In this document: positions 1-9,404 of the stretch, in pieces
How positions within the stretch are numbered: the stretch's first letter is position 1
How the letters are laid out: each line of letters opens with the position of its first letter
Source of the DNA: Pseudomonadota bacterium
GTDB taxonomy: Bacteria; Pseudomonadota; Alphaproteobacteria; HIMB59; GCA-002718135
Reading direction: 5' to 3'
Assembly (NCBI GenBank): GCA_027625355.1
Contig: JAQBWI010000001.1
Span: 1 to 36,919 of the forward strand
DNA: 36,919 nucleotides
Made by a program: the position numbers and the translations under genes
The notes under the pieces: model-generated
Database searches by the model: none
Told to the model about the DNA's origin: nothing
What the model saw: the letters and a program-made list of their open reading frames with translations, nothing else

Positions 1-1
1 T

Positions 2-649
2 GCTGATGATTATTTTTTTAGTAATCCTTTTACTGAGATTATAAGTTTAATGGACCCCTCTCCTCCACAAAAAATAATTGAAGCATCTAATAAACTTCGA
101 TATCGTAACCATATTTGTGTTAATTTAGAAATTGAAGGAAAATTATTTCTAGATAATTGGATATATGTACATGACCCTAAAGTTAAGATGGCAAGAGTTT
201 CTAATTACAAAAATTTTTCAAAATACATGTCCTCTAGTGATAATATTAACCCAGTTACCGTGGAATACTTTACTTTTAAAAATGAGGAAATTTGGAAAAT
301 GACTGATCAAGAACTTGTTGAATTTGCAATAAGTGAATTATTAATTGCAAATATTATAAATAATTCTCATTTAATTTCTAATTCATTTATTGTGAGATCA
401 ACCAATGCTTATCCAGTAATTGAAAAAGGCTATGAAGAAAATGTAAATATTATAAAAGAATATTTTTCAAAATTTCCAAACTTACACCCAATTGGTAGAT
501 CTGGTATGTTTAAATATAATAATCAAGATCATGCAATTGCTACTGGTATTTACGAGGCCAGAAATGTCATTAATAAAGATAATCAAGTTGATATATGGAG
601 TATCAATAGTGAAGGTATTTATGTTGAAAGCAATATTAATTTAGAATAA
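2..649 (+). CDS. FAD/NAD(P)-dependent oxidoreductase (amine-oxidase/HemY-like fold), C-terminal part; the 5' end lies upstream of the window
   Basis: The frame of track ORF 50..649 stays open back to nt 2 (ADDYFFSNPFTEIISL precedes the track's Met), so the gene is cut by the window edge. The C-terminal stretch NAYPVIEKGY...HPIGRSGMFKYNNQDHAIATG is typical of the FAD-binding C-terminal segment of this family. The specific enzyme is not identifiable. Confidence 0.55.
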   Translation, partial: ADDYFFSNPFTEIISLMDPSPPQKIIEASNKLRYRNHICVNLEIEGKLFLDNWIYVHDPKVKMARVSNYKNFSKYMSSSDNINPVTVEYFTFKNEEIWKMTDQELVEFAISELLIANIINNSHLISNSFIVRSTNAYPVIEKGYEENVNIIKEYFSKFPNLHPIGRSGMFKYNNQDHAIATGIYEARNVINKDNQVDIWSINSEGIYVESNINLE

Positions 650-655
650 TTATTA

Positions 656-2230
656 TTATATTACTGAGCTAATTAATTTTTTAGTATATGCTTTATTTGG
701 ATCTTCAAAAATTCTTTTTGAAGTTTCATATTCAATTAATTTACCATTTTTTAAAACTAAAACTTTATCAGCAACTGATTTTATTACATTCATATCATGA
801 CTTATAAAGATATAGCTAAGAGAATATTTTTCTTGTAAATTGTGGAGTAAATCTAATATTTGATTTTGAATTGTTACATCTAATGCAGATGTAGGTTCAT
901 CTAAAATAAGTATTTTGGGTTTTAAGATTAGTGCTCTTGCAATTGCAATTCTTTGTCTTTGTCCACCTGAGAATTCATGAGGGTATTTATTATGATCTCT
1001 TTCATAATTCATCCCTGTTTCTTTTAAAATATCTTTTAAGATTTGTTTTTTTTCTAATAAAGAGTATTTTGGAAAGTGTACATCAATACCTTCATTTAAT
1101 ATTTCCTCAACGTTCATTCTGGGACTTAATGAAGAGTAAGGATCTTGAAAAACTATTTGAATATTTTTTCTTATACTCTTAAGTTTATTTTTTTTTAATA
1201 CATTTAAATCCAACTTATCAAATTCTATTGTTCCAGATGAAGTTATTAATTTTAAAATAGCTAAAACAAGCGAAGTTTTTCCAGACCCAGATTCTCCCAC
1301 AATACCTAGAGTTTCTTTTTTCTTTAAGGTAAAATTAATTGCATCTATGGCCTTAACATAATCAACCGTTTTTTTAAAAATTCCTTTCTTGATAGGATAC
1401 CAGACTTTTAAATCTTTAATTTTAAGAATTTCTATTTCTTTATTTTCTTGAGATTTCCTAATTTTATTTTGAAATCCAACTAATTGCTTTGTGTATGTAT
1501 TTTTTGGATTATTAAAAATTTTAAGCTTCTCTCCATGCTCAATAATTTCACCATCTTTCATAACATAAATATAATCAGCAATTTTATTAACTACTCCAAG
1601 GTCATGACTAATAAATAAAATTGACATTTTCCTTAGTTTTTGAATTTTATTTAGAAGTGATAATATTTGTTGTTGTACAGTTACATCTAATGCTGTTGTA
1701 GGCTCATCAGCAATTAATAAATCTGGGTTGTTAGCTATACTCATTGCGATCATTACTCTTTGACGTTGCCCTCCTGATAGTTCATAAGAATAAATATTTG
1801 GCCTATTCATTAAATCATCTAAATTTACTTCTTTTAGTAAGTCTAAAACAGATGCATTAAGCTCTGAAGTATTTTTTTTATTGTGCGTTGTGATTATTTC
1901 TTTAATTTGTTTATCAATTGTATGCAAAGGATTGAGACTAGACATAGGTTCTTGAAAAATTGTTGAAATTTTATTTCCTCTAATTTTTTCAATTTCATTC
2001 AAGGGAAGTTGAAGTAAATTTTTTTCTCTAAATATTATACTGCCACTATTTATATTAGCATTTGCAGGTAATAATTTTAAAATACTCAGAGCTGATAATG
2101 TTTTTCCTGAACCAGACTCCCCAACAATAGCCACAGTTTTGCCTTGTGGTATTTCTATGTTTACATTGTTAACAACATTTTGATTTACTTTAAAGCTAAT
2201 CGTTAAATTTTTAATTGAAATAAGACTCAT
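656..2230 (-). CDS. yejF: ABC transporter ATP-binding protein with two fused ATPase domains (YejF-type peptide/microcin C importer ATPase)
   Basis: Two Walker A motifs (GESGSGKT twice). Two ABC signatures (LSGGQRQR and FSGGQRQR). Two Walker B motifs (LLIADEPTTALD and ILILDEPTSALD). It is 524 aa, close to E. coli YejF, and is the last gene of a yejA-B-E-F ordered cluster. Confidence 0.85.
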   Translation of the reverse strand: MSLISIKNLTISFKVNQNVVNNVNIEIPQGKTVAIVGESGSGKTLSALSILKLLPANANINSGSIIFREKNLLQLPLNEIEKIRGNKISTIFQEPMSSLNPLHTIDKQIKEIITTHNKKNTSELNASVLDLLKEVNLDDLMNRPNIYSYELSGGQRQRVMIAMSIANNPDLLIADEPTTALDVTVQQQILSLLNKIQKLRKMSILFISHDLGVVNKIADYIYVMKDGEIIEHGEKLKIFNNPKNTYTKQLVGFQNKIRKSQENKEIEILKIKDLKVWYPIKKGIFKKTVDYVKAIDAINFTLKKKETLGIVGESGSGKTSLVLAILKLITSSGTIEFDKLDLNVLKKNKLKSIRKNIQIVFQDPYSSLSPRMNVEEILNEGIDVHFPKYSLLEKKQILKDILKETGMNYERDHNKYPHEFSGGQRQRIAIARALILKPKILILDEPTSALDVTIQNQILDLLHNLQEKYSLSYIFISHDMNVIKSVADKVLVLKNGKLIEYETSKRIFEDPNKAYTKKLISSVI

Positions 2231-2231
2231 G

Positions 2232-3260
2232 TTAATTAAAAGTCTTTCTTGGATCTAATGCATCTCGCACTGCCTCACCAATAAAAACTAAAAGACCAAG
2301 CATTAACCCTAATGTAAAAAAACTTGTTAGACCAAGCCAGGGTGCTTGTAAATTATTGCGTCCTTGGTTTACCATTTCACCTAAAGATGCAGAACCAGGA
2401 GGCAAACCAAAACCTAAAAAATCTAAACCAGATAAGGCTGTCACTGAAGCACTCAAACTAAAAGGTAGAAAGGTTATAGTTGCAACTGTCGCATTTGGGA
2501 TCATGTGCTTAAAAATTATTTTAGTTGTGCTAACGCCAAGCGCTTTAGCTGCTCTAATGTAATCAAAATTTCTAGCTCTTAAAAATTCTGCCCTAACTAC
2601 TCCTACGTAACCCATCCAACTAAAAAGTAGTAAAATAATTAATAGCCACCAAAAGTTTGGCTGTATGACGCTAGCAAGGATTATTAAAATATACAAAGTA
2701 GGTATAGCTGACCAAATCTCCATAAATCTTTGAAAAAATAAATCTGTTTTTCCTCCAAAATAACCCTGAATTGCACCCGCAGACACGCCAATAATCATGG
2801 AAAAAAAAGTTAGAGTAAAGCCAAACAAAATAGAAATTCTAAATCCATATATTAATCTTGAAAGCACATCTCTTGCTTGATCATCAGTGCCAAGCCAGTT
2901 TTTTTTACTTGGAGGAGAGGGGGCAGGACTACTCATATCACGAATAATTGTATTATACTTATAGGGAATTATAGGCATTATCATCCATCCAGAAGAGTTA
3001 ATTAAGTTTTTTACAAATGGATCCCTGTAATCAGCCTCAGTTTCAAAATCTCCTCCAAAAGTTGTCTCTGAGTAGGATTGTAAAATTGGAAAGTAAAATT
3101 CATTTTCATATTTTATGAGAAGTGGTTTTTCATTAGCAATAAAATCTGCAAAAAGTGAAATTATAAATAAAACAAAAAAAATCCAAAAAGAATAGAGGCC
3201 TCTTTTGTTTTTAACAAAATTGCTTAAACGTCTTTTATTTAGAGGTGATAAATTTTTCAT
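2232..3260 (-). CDS. yejE: ABC transporter permease (YejE-type, Dpp/Opp family)
   Basis: A 342-aa polytopic membrane protein. Its position and size match YejE. It is 1 nt upstream of yejF and shares a 4-nt ATGA overlap with yejB. Confidence 0.8.
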   Translation of the reverse strand: MKNLSPLNKRRLSNFVKNKRGLYSFWIFFVLFIISLFADFIANEKPLLIKYENEFYFPILQSYSETTFGGDFETEADYRDPFVKNLINSSGWMIMPIIPYKYNTIIRDMSSPAPSPPSKKNWLGTDDQARDVLSRLIYGFRISILFGFTLTFFSMIIGVSAGAIQGYFGGKTDLFFQRFMEIWSAIPTLYILIILASVIQPNFWWLLIILLLFSWMGYVGVVRAEFLRARNFDYIRAAKALGVSTTKIIFKHMIPNATVATITFLPFSLSASVTALSGLDFLGFGLPPGSASLGEMVNQGRNNLQAPWLGLTSFFTLGLMLGLLVFIGEAVRDALDPRKTFN

Positions 3261-4360
3261 TCTCGAGACTCAAAATCTATTCTTGGATCGATTAAGGAAT
3301 ACATAAAATCACCAATAATTCCCATAATAAGACCAAGTAATGAAAAGAAATATAATGTTGCAAAAATAACAGGATAATCTCTTGTAAGCGCTGCCTCATA
3401 GCCAAGTAAACCTAAGCCATCTAAAGAAAATATAACCTCAATAAATAAAGAGCTTGAAAATAATATTCCAATAAATGCTGAAGGAAAGCCAGCAATAACA
3501 ATAAGCATGGCGTTTCTAAAAACATGTCCATAAAGAACTTTTCTCTCTGATAAGCCTTTAGCTCTTGCCGTCATTACATACTGTTGATTAATTTGATCTA
3601 TAAAAGAATTCTTAGTTAAAAAAGTTAAACCAGCAAAACCACTCACAATCATTGCGAGTAAAGGTAGAGTTAAATGCCAAAAATAATCTTTTATTTGAGC
3701 AAGAAGATTTAACTCTTCAAAATTTTCAGACACTAAACCTCTTAATGGAAAAATATCATAAAATCGACCACCTGCAAAAAAAACTATAAGAATAACTGCA
3801 AATAAAAAATTTGGGATTGCATAACCAATTGTGACAATACTGCTAGAAATTATATCAAATCTTGATCCATCTTTTATAGCTTTTCTAATTCCAAGAGGAA
3901 TTGAAATTAAATACACAAGCAATGTAGTCCATAAACCAAGTGAAATTGATACTGGCATTTTATCCAAAACCAATGATGTAACTTTTTGATCACGAAAAAA
4001 ACTTTCGCCAAAATCAAAAAAAATATAACTTTTTAACATTTTGAAAAATCTTTCATGAGCTGGCTTGTCCATTCCATACATTACTTCAATTTCTTTAATA
4101 ATATCTGGATCAAGACCTTGGGCACCTCTATATTTAGAGTCGCCATCATCAAAATTGGAAGCATCAAAACTTGAATTTAGTTCTCCTTCACCGCCTCCAG
4201 AAAAACGAGCAGTAGATTCAACGGCAGTTCCAGTCATCTGCGCAATCATTTGTTCTACAGGACCACCAGGGACAATCTGAATAACAGCAAAATTAATTAA
4301 CATTATTCCAAAAAGTGTAGGAAATATAAGAAGAACTCGTCTTACTAAATAAGCACCCAT
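3257..4360 (-). CDS. yejB: ABC transporter permease (YejB-type, Dpp/Opp family)
   Basis: A 367-aa polytopic membrane protein with a long periplasmic loop after TM1, as in YejB/OppB-like permeases. Operon context supports the call. Confidence 0.8.
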   Translation of the reverse strand: MGAYLVRRVLLIFPTLFGIMLINFAVIQIVPGGPVEQMIAQMTGTAVESTARFSGGGEGELNSSFDASNFDDGDSKYRGAQGLDPDIIKEIEVMYGMDKPAHERFFKMLKSYIFFDFGESFFRDQKVTSLVLDKMPVSISLGLWTTLLVYLISIPLGIRKAIKDGSRFDIISSSIVTIGYAIPNFLFAVILIVFFAGGRFYDIFPLRGLVSENFEELNLLAQIKDYFWHLTLPLLAMIVSGFAGLTFLTKNSFIDQINQQYVMTARAKGLSERKVLYGHVFRNAMLIVIAGFPSAFIGILFSSSLFIEVIFSLDGLGLLGYEAALTRDYPVIFATLYFFSLLGLIMGIIGDFMYSLIDPRIDFESRE

Positions 4361-4399
4361 TAATATGATTTTATATTATTTATGATATTTTTTAACTTA

Positions 4400-6229
4400 T
4401 TAGTTTGAAGATCTTTGAGAATTAATAAAATCAAATTTATTTTGATTAATCCACCATGTATCAAATCCTAGGGAATACTTAGGCTTTATCTTAGGTTGAT
4501 CAAACATGTCCCAATACAAGACCCTGTAAGCAGATATATGCCACTGAGGAATAACGTAATAATTCCATAACAGTACCCTATCTAATGCTCTGGTAATTGT
4601 TATTAGATCTTCCCTGTCTTTTGCATTGATAAGTTTTTCTATCAAACTATCGACAACATCATTTTTCACTCCAATAACATTACGAGAGCCATTAGTATCT
4701 GCCGCATCAGATCCCCAAAAATTTCTTTGCTCATTGCCTGGAGATAGACTTTGTGAAAAAGTGAATACAACCATATCAAAATCAAAGGTTTCAATTCGTT
4801 TTTGATATTGAGAACTATCAATTGTTCTCAATGAGGCATTAATTCCAAGTTTTTCTAAATTATCAATAAATGGTAATACAATTCTCTCAAAAGCAGGAGA
4901 GACCAATAAGATTTCAAATTCAAAAGGATCCCCTTTAGAGTTTACAAGTTTTCCATCACTTAATTTCCACCCAGCATCTTTAATTAATTTTGTTGCTTCT
5001 TGTAATTCACTCCTAATAAAACCTGATCCATCTGTTTTTGGGTTTGTATATTCTGTATTGAAAATTTCCTTTGGCAGTAAATCAATATATGGATTAAGAT
5101 AAGCAAGCTCTTCTTTTGAAGGTAACCCGCTTGAAGCTAACTCTGAGTTTTCAAAAAAACTATCAGTTCTTTTATATGCTCCATAAAATAAATTTTTGTT
5201 TGTCCATTCAAAATCAAAAGCATAAGATAGAGCTTTTCTCACTCTTTTATCTTTAAAAATATCTTTTCGAGTATTGAACGCAAAAGCCTGCATTCCCTGA
5301 GGGTTTTCATGAGATATTAAATCTTTTTTAATCAACCCTTCTTCTACAGCACTAATATCATAGCCAGTAGCCCATTCTTTGGAGGTATTTTCTGAAAAGA
5401 AATCTATCTCTCCTGACTTAAAGGCTTCTCTCTCTACCCCTCTGTCTTTATAATAGTCATATCTTATCGTACCTATATTATCCTTACCAACTTTGATTGG
5501 AACAACATTATTTTTTAGACCCCAATAATTTACATTAAGCTCATATGTAATGGATCTACCAGCATCAAAAGATTTAATTTTATAAGGGCCGCTTCCAACA
5601 GGAATATCAAGAGTTGTTTCTTCAAAATTTTTACCCTCCCAATAATGTTTAGGTAGTACGGGGAGTTGGCCTACAATTAATGGAAGTTCTTTATTTGTGT
5701 TTGTAGAAAATATAAACTTAACTTTGTTTTCAGAAACTTTAATAACTTCACTAACATCGCCGTAATAATATTTATAAAATGGATGCCCTTTTTCTATTAA
5801 AGTATTAAATGTCCAAATTACATCATTACTAGATATTTTTTTTCCATCATGCCAAACGGCTTCATCTCTAAGAGTAAATACAACCCATGATCTATCTTCA
5901 GGCCACTCTATTGTTTCTGCTAAAAGTCCATACTCTGTGAAAGCTTCATCACTAGAGCCAGTTGTTAGACTCTCATATAAAAATCCAATACCTGCGGCAG
6001 ATGTACCCTTTAGTGTAAAAGGGTTAAATGTATCATAAGTTCCAATTGAGCTCCTTACTATATTGCCCCCTTTTTCTGCACTATTGCTAACATATTCAAC
6101 ACTAAGAAAATCTTCATTATATTTTGGCTCTCCGTGCATAGCAATAGCATGAGATATTGTTGTATTTGCAAATACATTTTGTGAAATAGTAAATAGAATA
6201 ATGATAAAGGCTGTTTTTAAAGTTTTCAT
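4400..6229 (-). CDS. yejA: Periplasmic substrate-binding protein, SBP family 5 (YejA-type)
   Basis: N-terminal signal peptide (MKTLKTAFIIILFTISQNVFA). At 609 aa it matches the unusually long YejA class of family-5 binding proteins. It is the first gene of the importer cluster. Confidence 0.8.
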   Translation of the reverse strand: MKTLKTAFIIILFTISQNVFANTTISHAIAMHGEPKYNEDFLSVEYVSNSAEKGGNIVRSSIGTYDTFNPFTLKGTSAAGIGFLYESLTTGSSDEAFTEYGLLAETIEWPEDRSWVVFTLRDEAVWHDGKKISSNDVIWTFNTLIEKGHPFYKYYYGDVSEVIKVSENKVKFIFSTNTNKELPLIVGQLPVLPKHYWEGKNFEETTLDIPVGSGPYKIKSFDAGRSITYELNVNYWGLKNNVVPIKVGKDNIGTIRYDYYKDRGVEREAFKSGEIDFFSENTSKEWATGYDISAVEEGLIKKDLISHENPQGMQAFAFNTRKDIFKDKRVRKALSYAFDFEWTNKNLFYGAYKRTDSFFENSELASSGLPSKEELAYLNPYIDLLPKEIFNTEYTNPKTDGSGFIRSELQEATKLIKDAGWKLSDGKLVNSKGDPFEFEILLVSPAFERIVLPFIDNLEKLGINASLRTIDSSQYQKRIETFDFDMVVFTFSQSLSPGNEQRNFWGSDAADTNGSRNVIGVKNDVVDSLIEKLINAKDREDLITITRALDRVLLWNYYVIPQWHISAYRVLYWDMFDQPKIKPKYSLGFDTWWINQNKFDFINSQRSSN

Positions 6230-6269
6230 AAAATTAATATAATTACTTTAAAATAAATTTAAATTAAAT

Positions 6270-7049
6270 TTATTCATTTATTAGCGAAATCAACTTGGAA
6301 TGAAGTTCTTTATTAGCTGAAGCTACCACACTTCCATGTGAATCTGTGGTAATTTCGTTACCAAATTTATCTGATATCACGCCTCCTGCACCCTCAATAA
6401 CATTGACTAAAGCCATGTAATCATGAACTTTAAGAGTATCTTCAATCACAATATCAATTAACCCAGAGGCAACCATGCCATACATATAACAATCGCCACC
6501 ATAACGAAAATACCTTACTTTGTTTTTAATTTTATCCACCGCATTTCTTAGGTGAGGTTCATCAAAATATAGACCAGAAGTAAAAATATAAGCATCTTCA
6601 ATTGCTGTTACACTAGAAGTATTTATAGTTTGTTGATTAACAGTTGAGCTTTGATTTTTTGCTCCAACCCATCTCTCATCATGTGCAGGACAATTAATAA
6701 TACCAATAATAGGTTTTTTATTTTGCGTTAAAGATATTAAATTTCCAAAATCTTTGTGTCCTGCAATATAACTTCTAGTGCCATCAATTGGATCTATAAC
6801 CCATATAAATTCTGCATCTGGATTTACACTATCAAACTCCTCTCCCAAAATTCCATGATCAGGATATTCATTTTCTATCAATGATCGAATTTTTAATTCA
6901 GTATTTTTATCTGCAATAGTAACTGGACTTTCATCTTTTTTATTATCAATACTTAAGGAAGTTCTAAAATATTCCATTGAAGTAATTCCTGCTGCATCAG
7001 CAAGTTTGTTTGCAAAATTTAGATATTCCTGAAGGGAATTATTCATCAA
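6270..7049 (-). CDS. Inositol monophosphatase family protein, possibly histidinol-phosphatase HisN
   Basis: IMPase metal-binding motifs HGILGEEF and WVIDPIDGTRSY. The C-terminal GGDCYMYGMVASGLIDIVIE...GAGG block resembles HisN-type members. The substrate cannot be decided from sequence alone. Confidence 0.75.
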   Translation of the reverse strand: MMNNSLQEYLNFANKLADAAGITSMEYFRTSLSIDNKKDESPVTIADKNTELKIRSLIENEYPDHGILGEEFDSVNPDAEFIWVIDPIDGTRSYIAGHKDFGNLISLTQNKKPIIGIINCPAHDERWVGAKNQSSTVNQQTINTSSVTAIEDAYIFTSGLYFDEPHLRNAVDKIKNKVRYFRYGGDCYMYGMVASGLIDIVIEDTLKVHDYMALVNVIEGAGGVISDKFGNEITTDSHGSVVASANKELHSKLISLINE

Positions 7050-7054
7050 TAAAG

Positions 7055-7600
7055 CTATGGAAGTGGAACAGGATTTTCAGCTTGTTCTCTTAAAAATAAA
7101 ACAATGTTAGCTCTATCTTGAACTTTTTTAAGACCAGCAAAGTTCATTTTAGTTCCTTTAACAAATTTCTTTGGTTTATATAAAAATTCAGCTAGTTCTT
7201 CGTAGCTCCATTCGCCACCATATTCAGCTAATGCTTTTGAATATGCAAAACCATCTACATTTGCTTTTGGTCTATTAATTAAATTCCATAAATTTGGACC
7301 AACTTTGTTTGCACTATCTTTTTCATAGTTATGACATGCGCTACATTTTTTAAAAAGCTTTTCTCCTTTTTCTAGAGATGCGCTGGCCAAAATTAATGAA
7401 ATTGGTTCGATAATTTCTTCTTTAGGAGCCGCGCCTGGCACAACCTCACCAGACTCAGGAACATCAATTTTATATGCAGTTTGTTTCATTTCATGATGTT
7501 CTGTATCTATAATTATATCACCTAAATGACCAATAACCGTCACTACAAGTATTGCTAATATAATGGAAGCCAAAATTTTGTTAACTTCAAGTCCAGACAT
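7055..7600 (-). CDS. cycM: Membrane-anchored class I cytochrome c (CycM-like)
   Basis: Heme-binding CSACHN motif, an N-terminal transmembrane anchor (ILASIILAILVVTVIGHL), and a C-terminal cytochrome c fold with the Met ligand region (GTKMNFAG). I chose the ATG at 7600. The track ORF extension to 7777 runs antisense into kdsB. Confidence 0.8.
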   Translation of the reverse strand: MSGLEVNKILASIILAILVVTVIGHLGDIIIDTEHHEMKQTAYKIDVPESGEVVPGAAPKEEIIEPISLILASASLEKGEKLFKKCSACHNYEKDSANKVGPNLWNLINRPKANVDGFAYSKALAEYGGEWSYEELAEFLYKPKKFVKGTKMNFAGLKKVQDRANIVLFLREQAENPVPLP

Positions 7601-7691
7601 GTGTAAAACATCTATATAGATTTTTTTTAAAATGAATAGAAATGAAAACGTCCTGCAAAAAATTAAATACTGCTTAATTGTCGCATAATTT

Positions 7692-8429
7692 ATGAAAACT
7701 GCAATAATTATCCCAGCCAGAATGGCATCACAGCGTTTTCCAAATAAACCAATGGCAAAAATTAATGGTATTCCCATGATTGAGCGAGTTTGGAGGCAAG
7801 GAATTAACTCTAAGACAGGGGATGTCTATGTTGCTTGTAGTGAAGATGAAGTATTTAATTTAATTATCTCAAAAGGAGGTAAGGCGATAATGACTGATCC
7901 TAATCTACCCTCTGGAACTGACAGAGTTTTTGCAGCATTCAACTTACTTAAAAATAAAGATGATTATGAAAGCATAATTAATCTTCAAGGTGATATGCCT
8001 CTGATAGATTATAAAAACATTCAAAGCGCTAATATACCTTTGCATCATGGTTATGATATTGGCACAATTGCAACAGACATATCAAGTGAAGAAATAAAAA
8101 ATGAAAATATCACAAAAGTTTCTGTAGATTGGAAAGAAGAGGGTCTTGTTGGTGACAGTTTAGATTTTTATAAAATATTTAAAACCGAAATAAAAAATAT
8201 TCATCAGCATGTTGGAATTTATAGTTTTAAACCTAATGCTCTAAAAAAATTTATTTCATTACCTCCATCCAAAAATGAAATAGATAGAAAATTAGAGCAA
8301 TTAAGAGCACTCGATGCAGGGATTAAAATTGGAATAACTTATGTAGAAAATGTTCCAATTAGTGTAGATACATTTGAAGATTTAATGCTAATAGAAAATA
8401 TTTTAAAAAATAAAGATGAAAACAAATAG
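7692..8429 (+). CDS. kdsB: 3-deoxy-manno-octulosonate cytidylyltransferase (CMP-Kdo synthetase)
   Basis: N-terminal IIPARMASQRFPNKP motif, NLQGDMP, and a typical length of 245 aa. Confidence 0.9.
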   Translation: MKTAIIIPARMASQRFPNKPMAKINGIPMIERVWRQGINSKTGDVYVACSEDEVFNLIISKGGKAIMTDPNLPSGTDRVFAAFNLLKNKDDYESIINLQGDMPLIDYKNIQSANIPLHHGYDIGTIATDISSEEIKNENITKVSVDWKEEGLVGDSLDFYKIFKTEIKNIHQHVGIYSFKPNALKKFISLPPSKNEIDRKLEQLRALDAGIKIGITYVENVPISVDTFEDLMLIENILKNKDENK

Positions 8430-9255
8430 CTTTGCCTTTCAAGGAGTTAATGGAGCATACAGTGAGCAAGCTGGAAAAAATGTCTTTCCAGATGCTAAAA
8501 GCTTACCTTGTTCAACATTTGAAGAAATGTTTGCTTGTGTTAGAGATGATAAAGCTGACATAGCATTAGTTCCAATTGAAAATTCTCAAGCTGGAAGAGT
8601 TGCAGATACGCAAAGACTAATACCTGACTCTGATTTAAATATTATCGGAGAATACTTTCTTGAAGTAAGGCACAACTTACTTGCAGTGCCAGGGACAAAT
8701 ATTAATGACATTAAGAGAGTTCATAGTCATGAGCAAGGAATTGCACAGTGTAGAAACAAAATAATCAAATTAAATAAACAAATAGTAATAGCTGCGGATA
8801 CAGCTGGCTCAGCAAAAAAAATATCAGAACTTAATAATAAAGAAGATGCTGCTATTGCTTCATCTCTAGCAGCAGAGATTTATAATTTAGATGTTCTTGA
8901 AGCTAATTTTCAAGATGCAGAGCATAACGTTACTAGATTTTTAATTATGTCAAAAGATAAAAGCGACATAGAACCTAGTGAGAGCAATATTATAACAACT
9001 CTGGTATTTGTTGTGAGAAGTATTCCTGCATCCTTATATAAATGCTTAGGAGGTTTTGCTAGTAATGGTGTCAACATCACTAAATTAGAAAGTTATATTC
9101 ACCCACAAGGTTTTGACGTTGCTCAATTTTATATTGATTTTGAGGGGCATCCTGAGAATAATTCAGTTAAATTGGCTTTAGAGGAAATGAAATTTTTCTG
9201 TAAAGAAATTAAGATTTTAGGTGTTTATAAAAAATCTAATTTTAGAAAAAAATAA
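8416..9255 (+). CDS. pheA: Prephenate dehydratase (PDT domain plus ACT domain)
   Basis: AFQGVNGAYSEQA start, NVTRFLI (TRF motif), and a C-terminal ACT-like region. It is 279 aa and overlaps the kdsB end by 14 nt. Confidence 0.85.
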   Translation: MKTNSFAFQGVNGAYSEQAGKNVFPDAKSLPCSTFEEMFACVRDDKADIALVPIENSQAGRVADTQRLIPDSDLNIIGEYFLEVRHNLLAVPGTNINDIKRVHSHEQGIAQCRNKIIKLNKQIVIAADTAGSAKKISELNNKEDAAIASSLAAEIYNLDVLEANFQDAEHNVTRFLIMSKDKSDIEPSESNIITTLVFVVRSIPASLYKCLGGFASNGVNITKLESYIHPQGFDVAQFYIDFEGHPENNSVKLALEEMKFFCKEIKILGVYKKSNFRKK

Positions 9256-9310
9256 ACATAAAATCTAAAACACAAGTTATTTTTTTATTCTTACATGATA
9301 TAGTAGATAT

Positions 9311-9395
9311 GAAGGTTTGAGGGCGAATTGCTTGTTAATCCAGTCAGGTCTGAAAAGAAGCAGCTGTACCAAGTTTGTTCGGGTCTTGAACCTTC
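9311..9395 (+). ncRNA. ffs: Signal recognition particle RNA, small bacterial (4.5S) type
   Basis: CCAGUCAGGUCUGAAAAGAAGCAGCUG matches the conserved helix-8 core (E. coli CAGGUCAGGUCCGGAAGGAAGCAGCC) with a GNRA (GAAA) tetraloop. The ends GAAGGUU and AACCUUC pair to close a long hairpin. It is a GC-enriched island in AT-rich spacer, immediately upstream of dnaX, which is a common conserved location. Ends are approximate to within a few nt. Confidence 0.85.
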
Positions 9396-9404
9396 TTTAT
9401 AATT

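Noticed and set aside
7681-7694. TCGCATAATTTATG resembles the left arm of an XerCD dif site (GCGCATAA...).
   Set aside because: The central region and the right arm (TTATGTTAAAT-like) are absent, and the sequence overlaps the kdsB start codon. It is most likely a coincidence.
7601-7777. The track ORF 7055..7777 gives the cytochrome c a 59-aa N-terminal extension that overlaps the start of kdsB.
   Set aside because: The extension is antisense to the well-supported kdsB N-terminus (IIPARMASQRFPNKP) and reads as low-information hydrophobic sequence. The internal ATG at 7600 yields a normal anchor-plus-heme-domain CycM.
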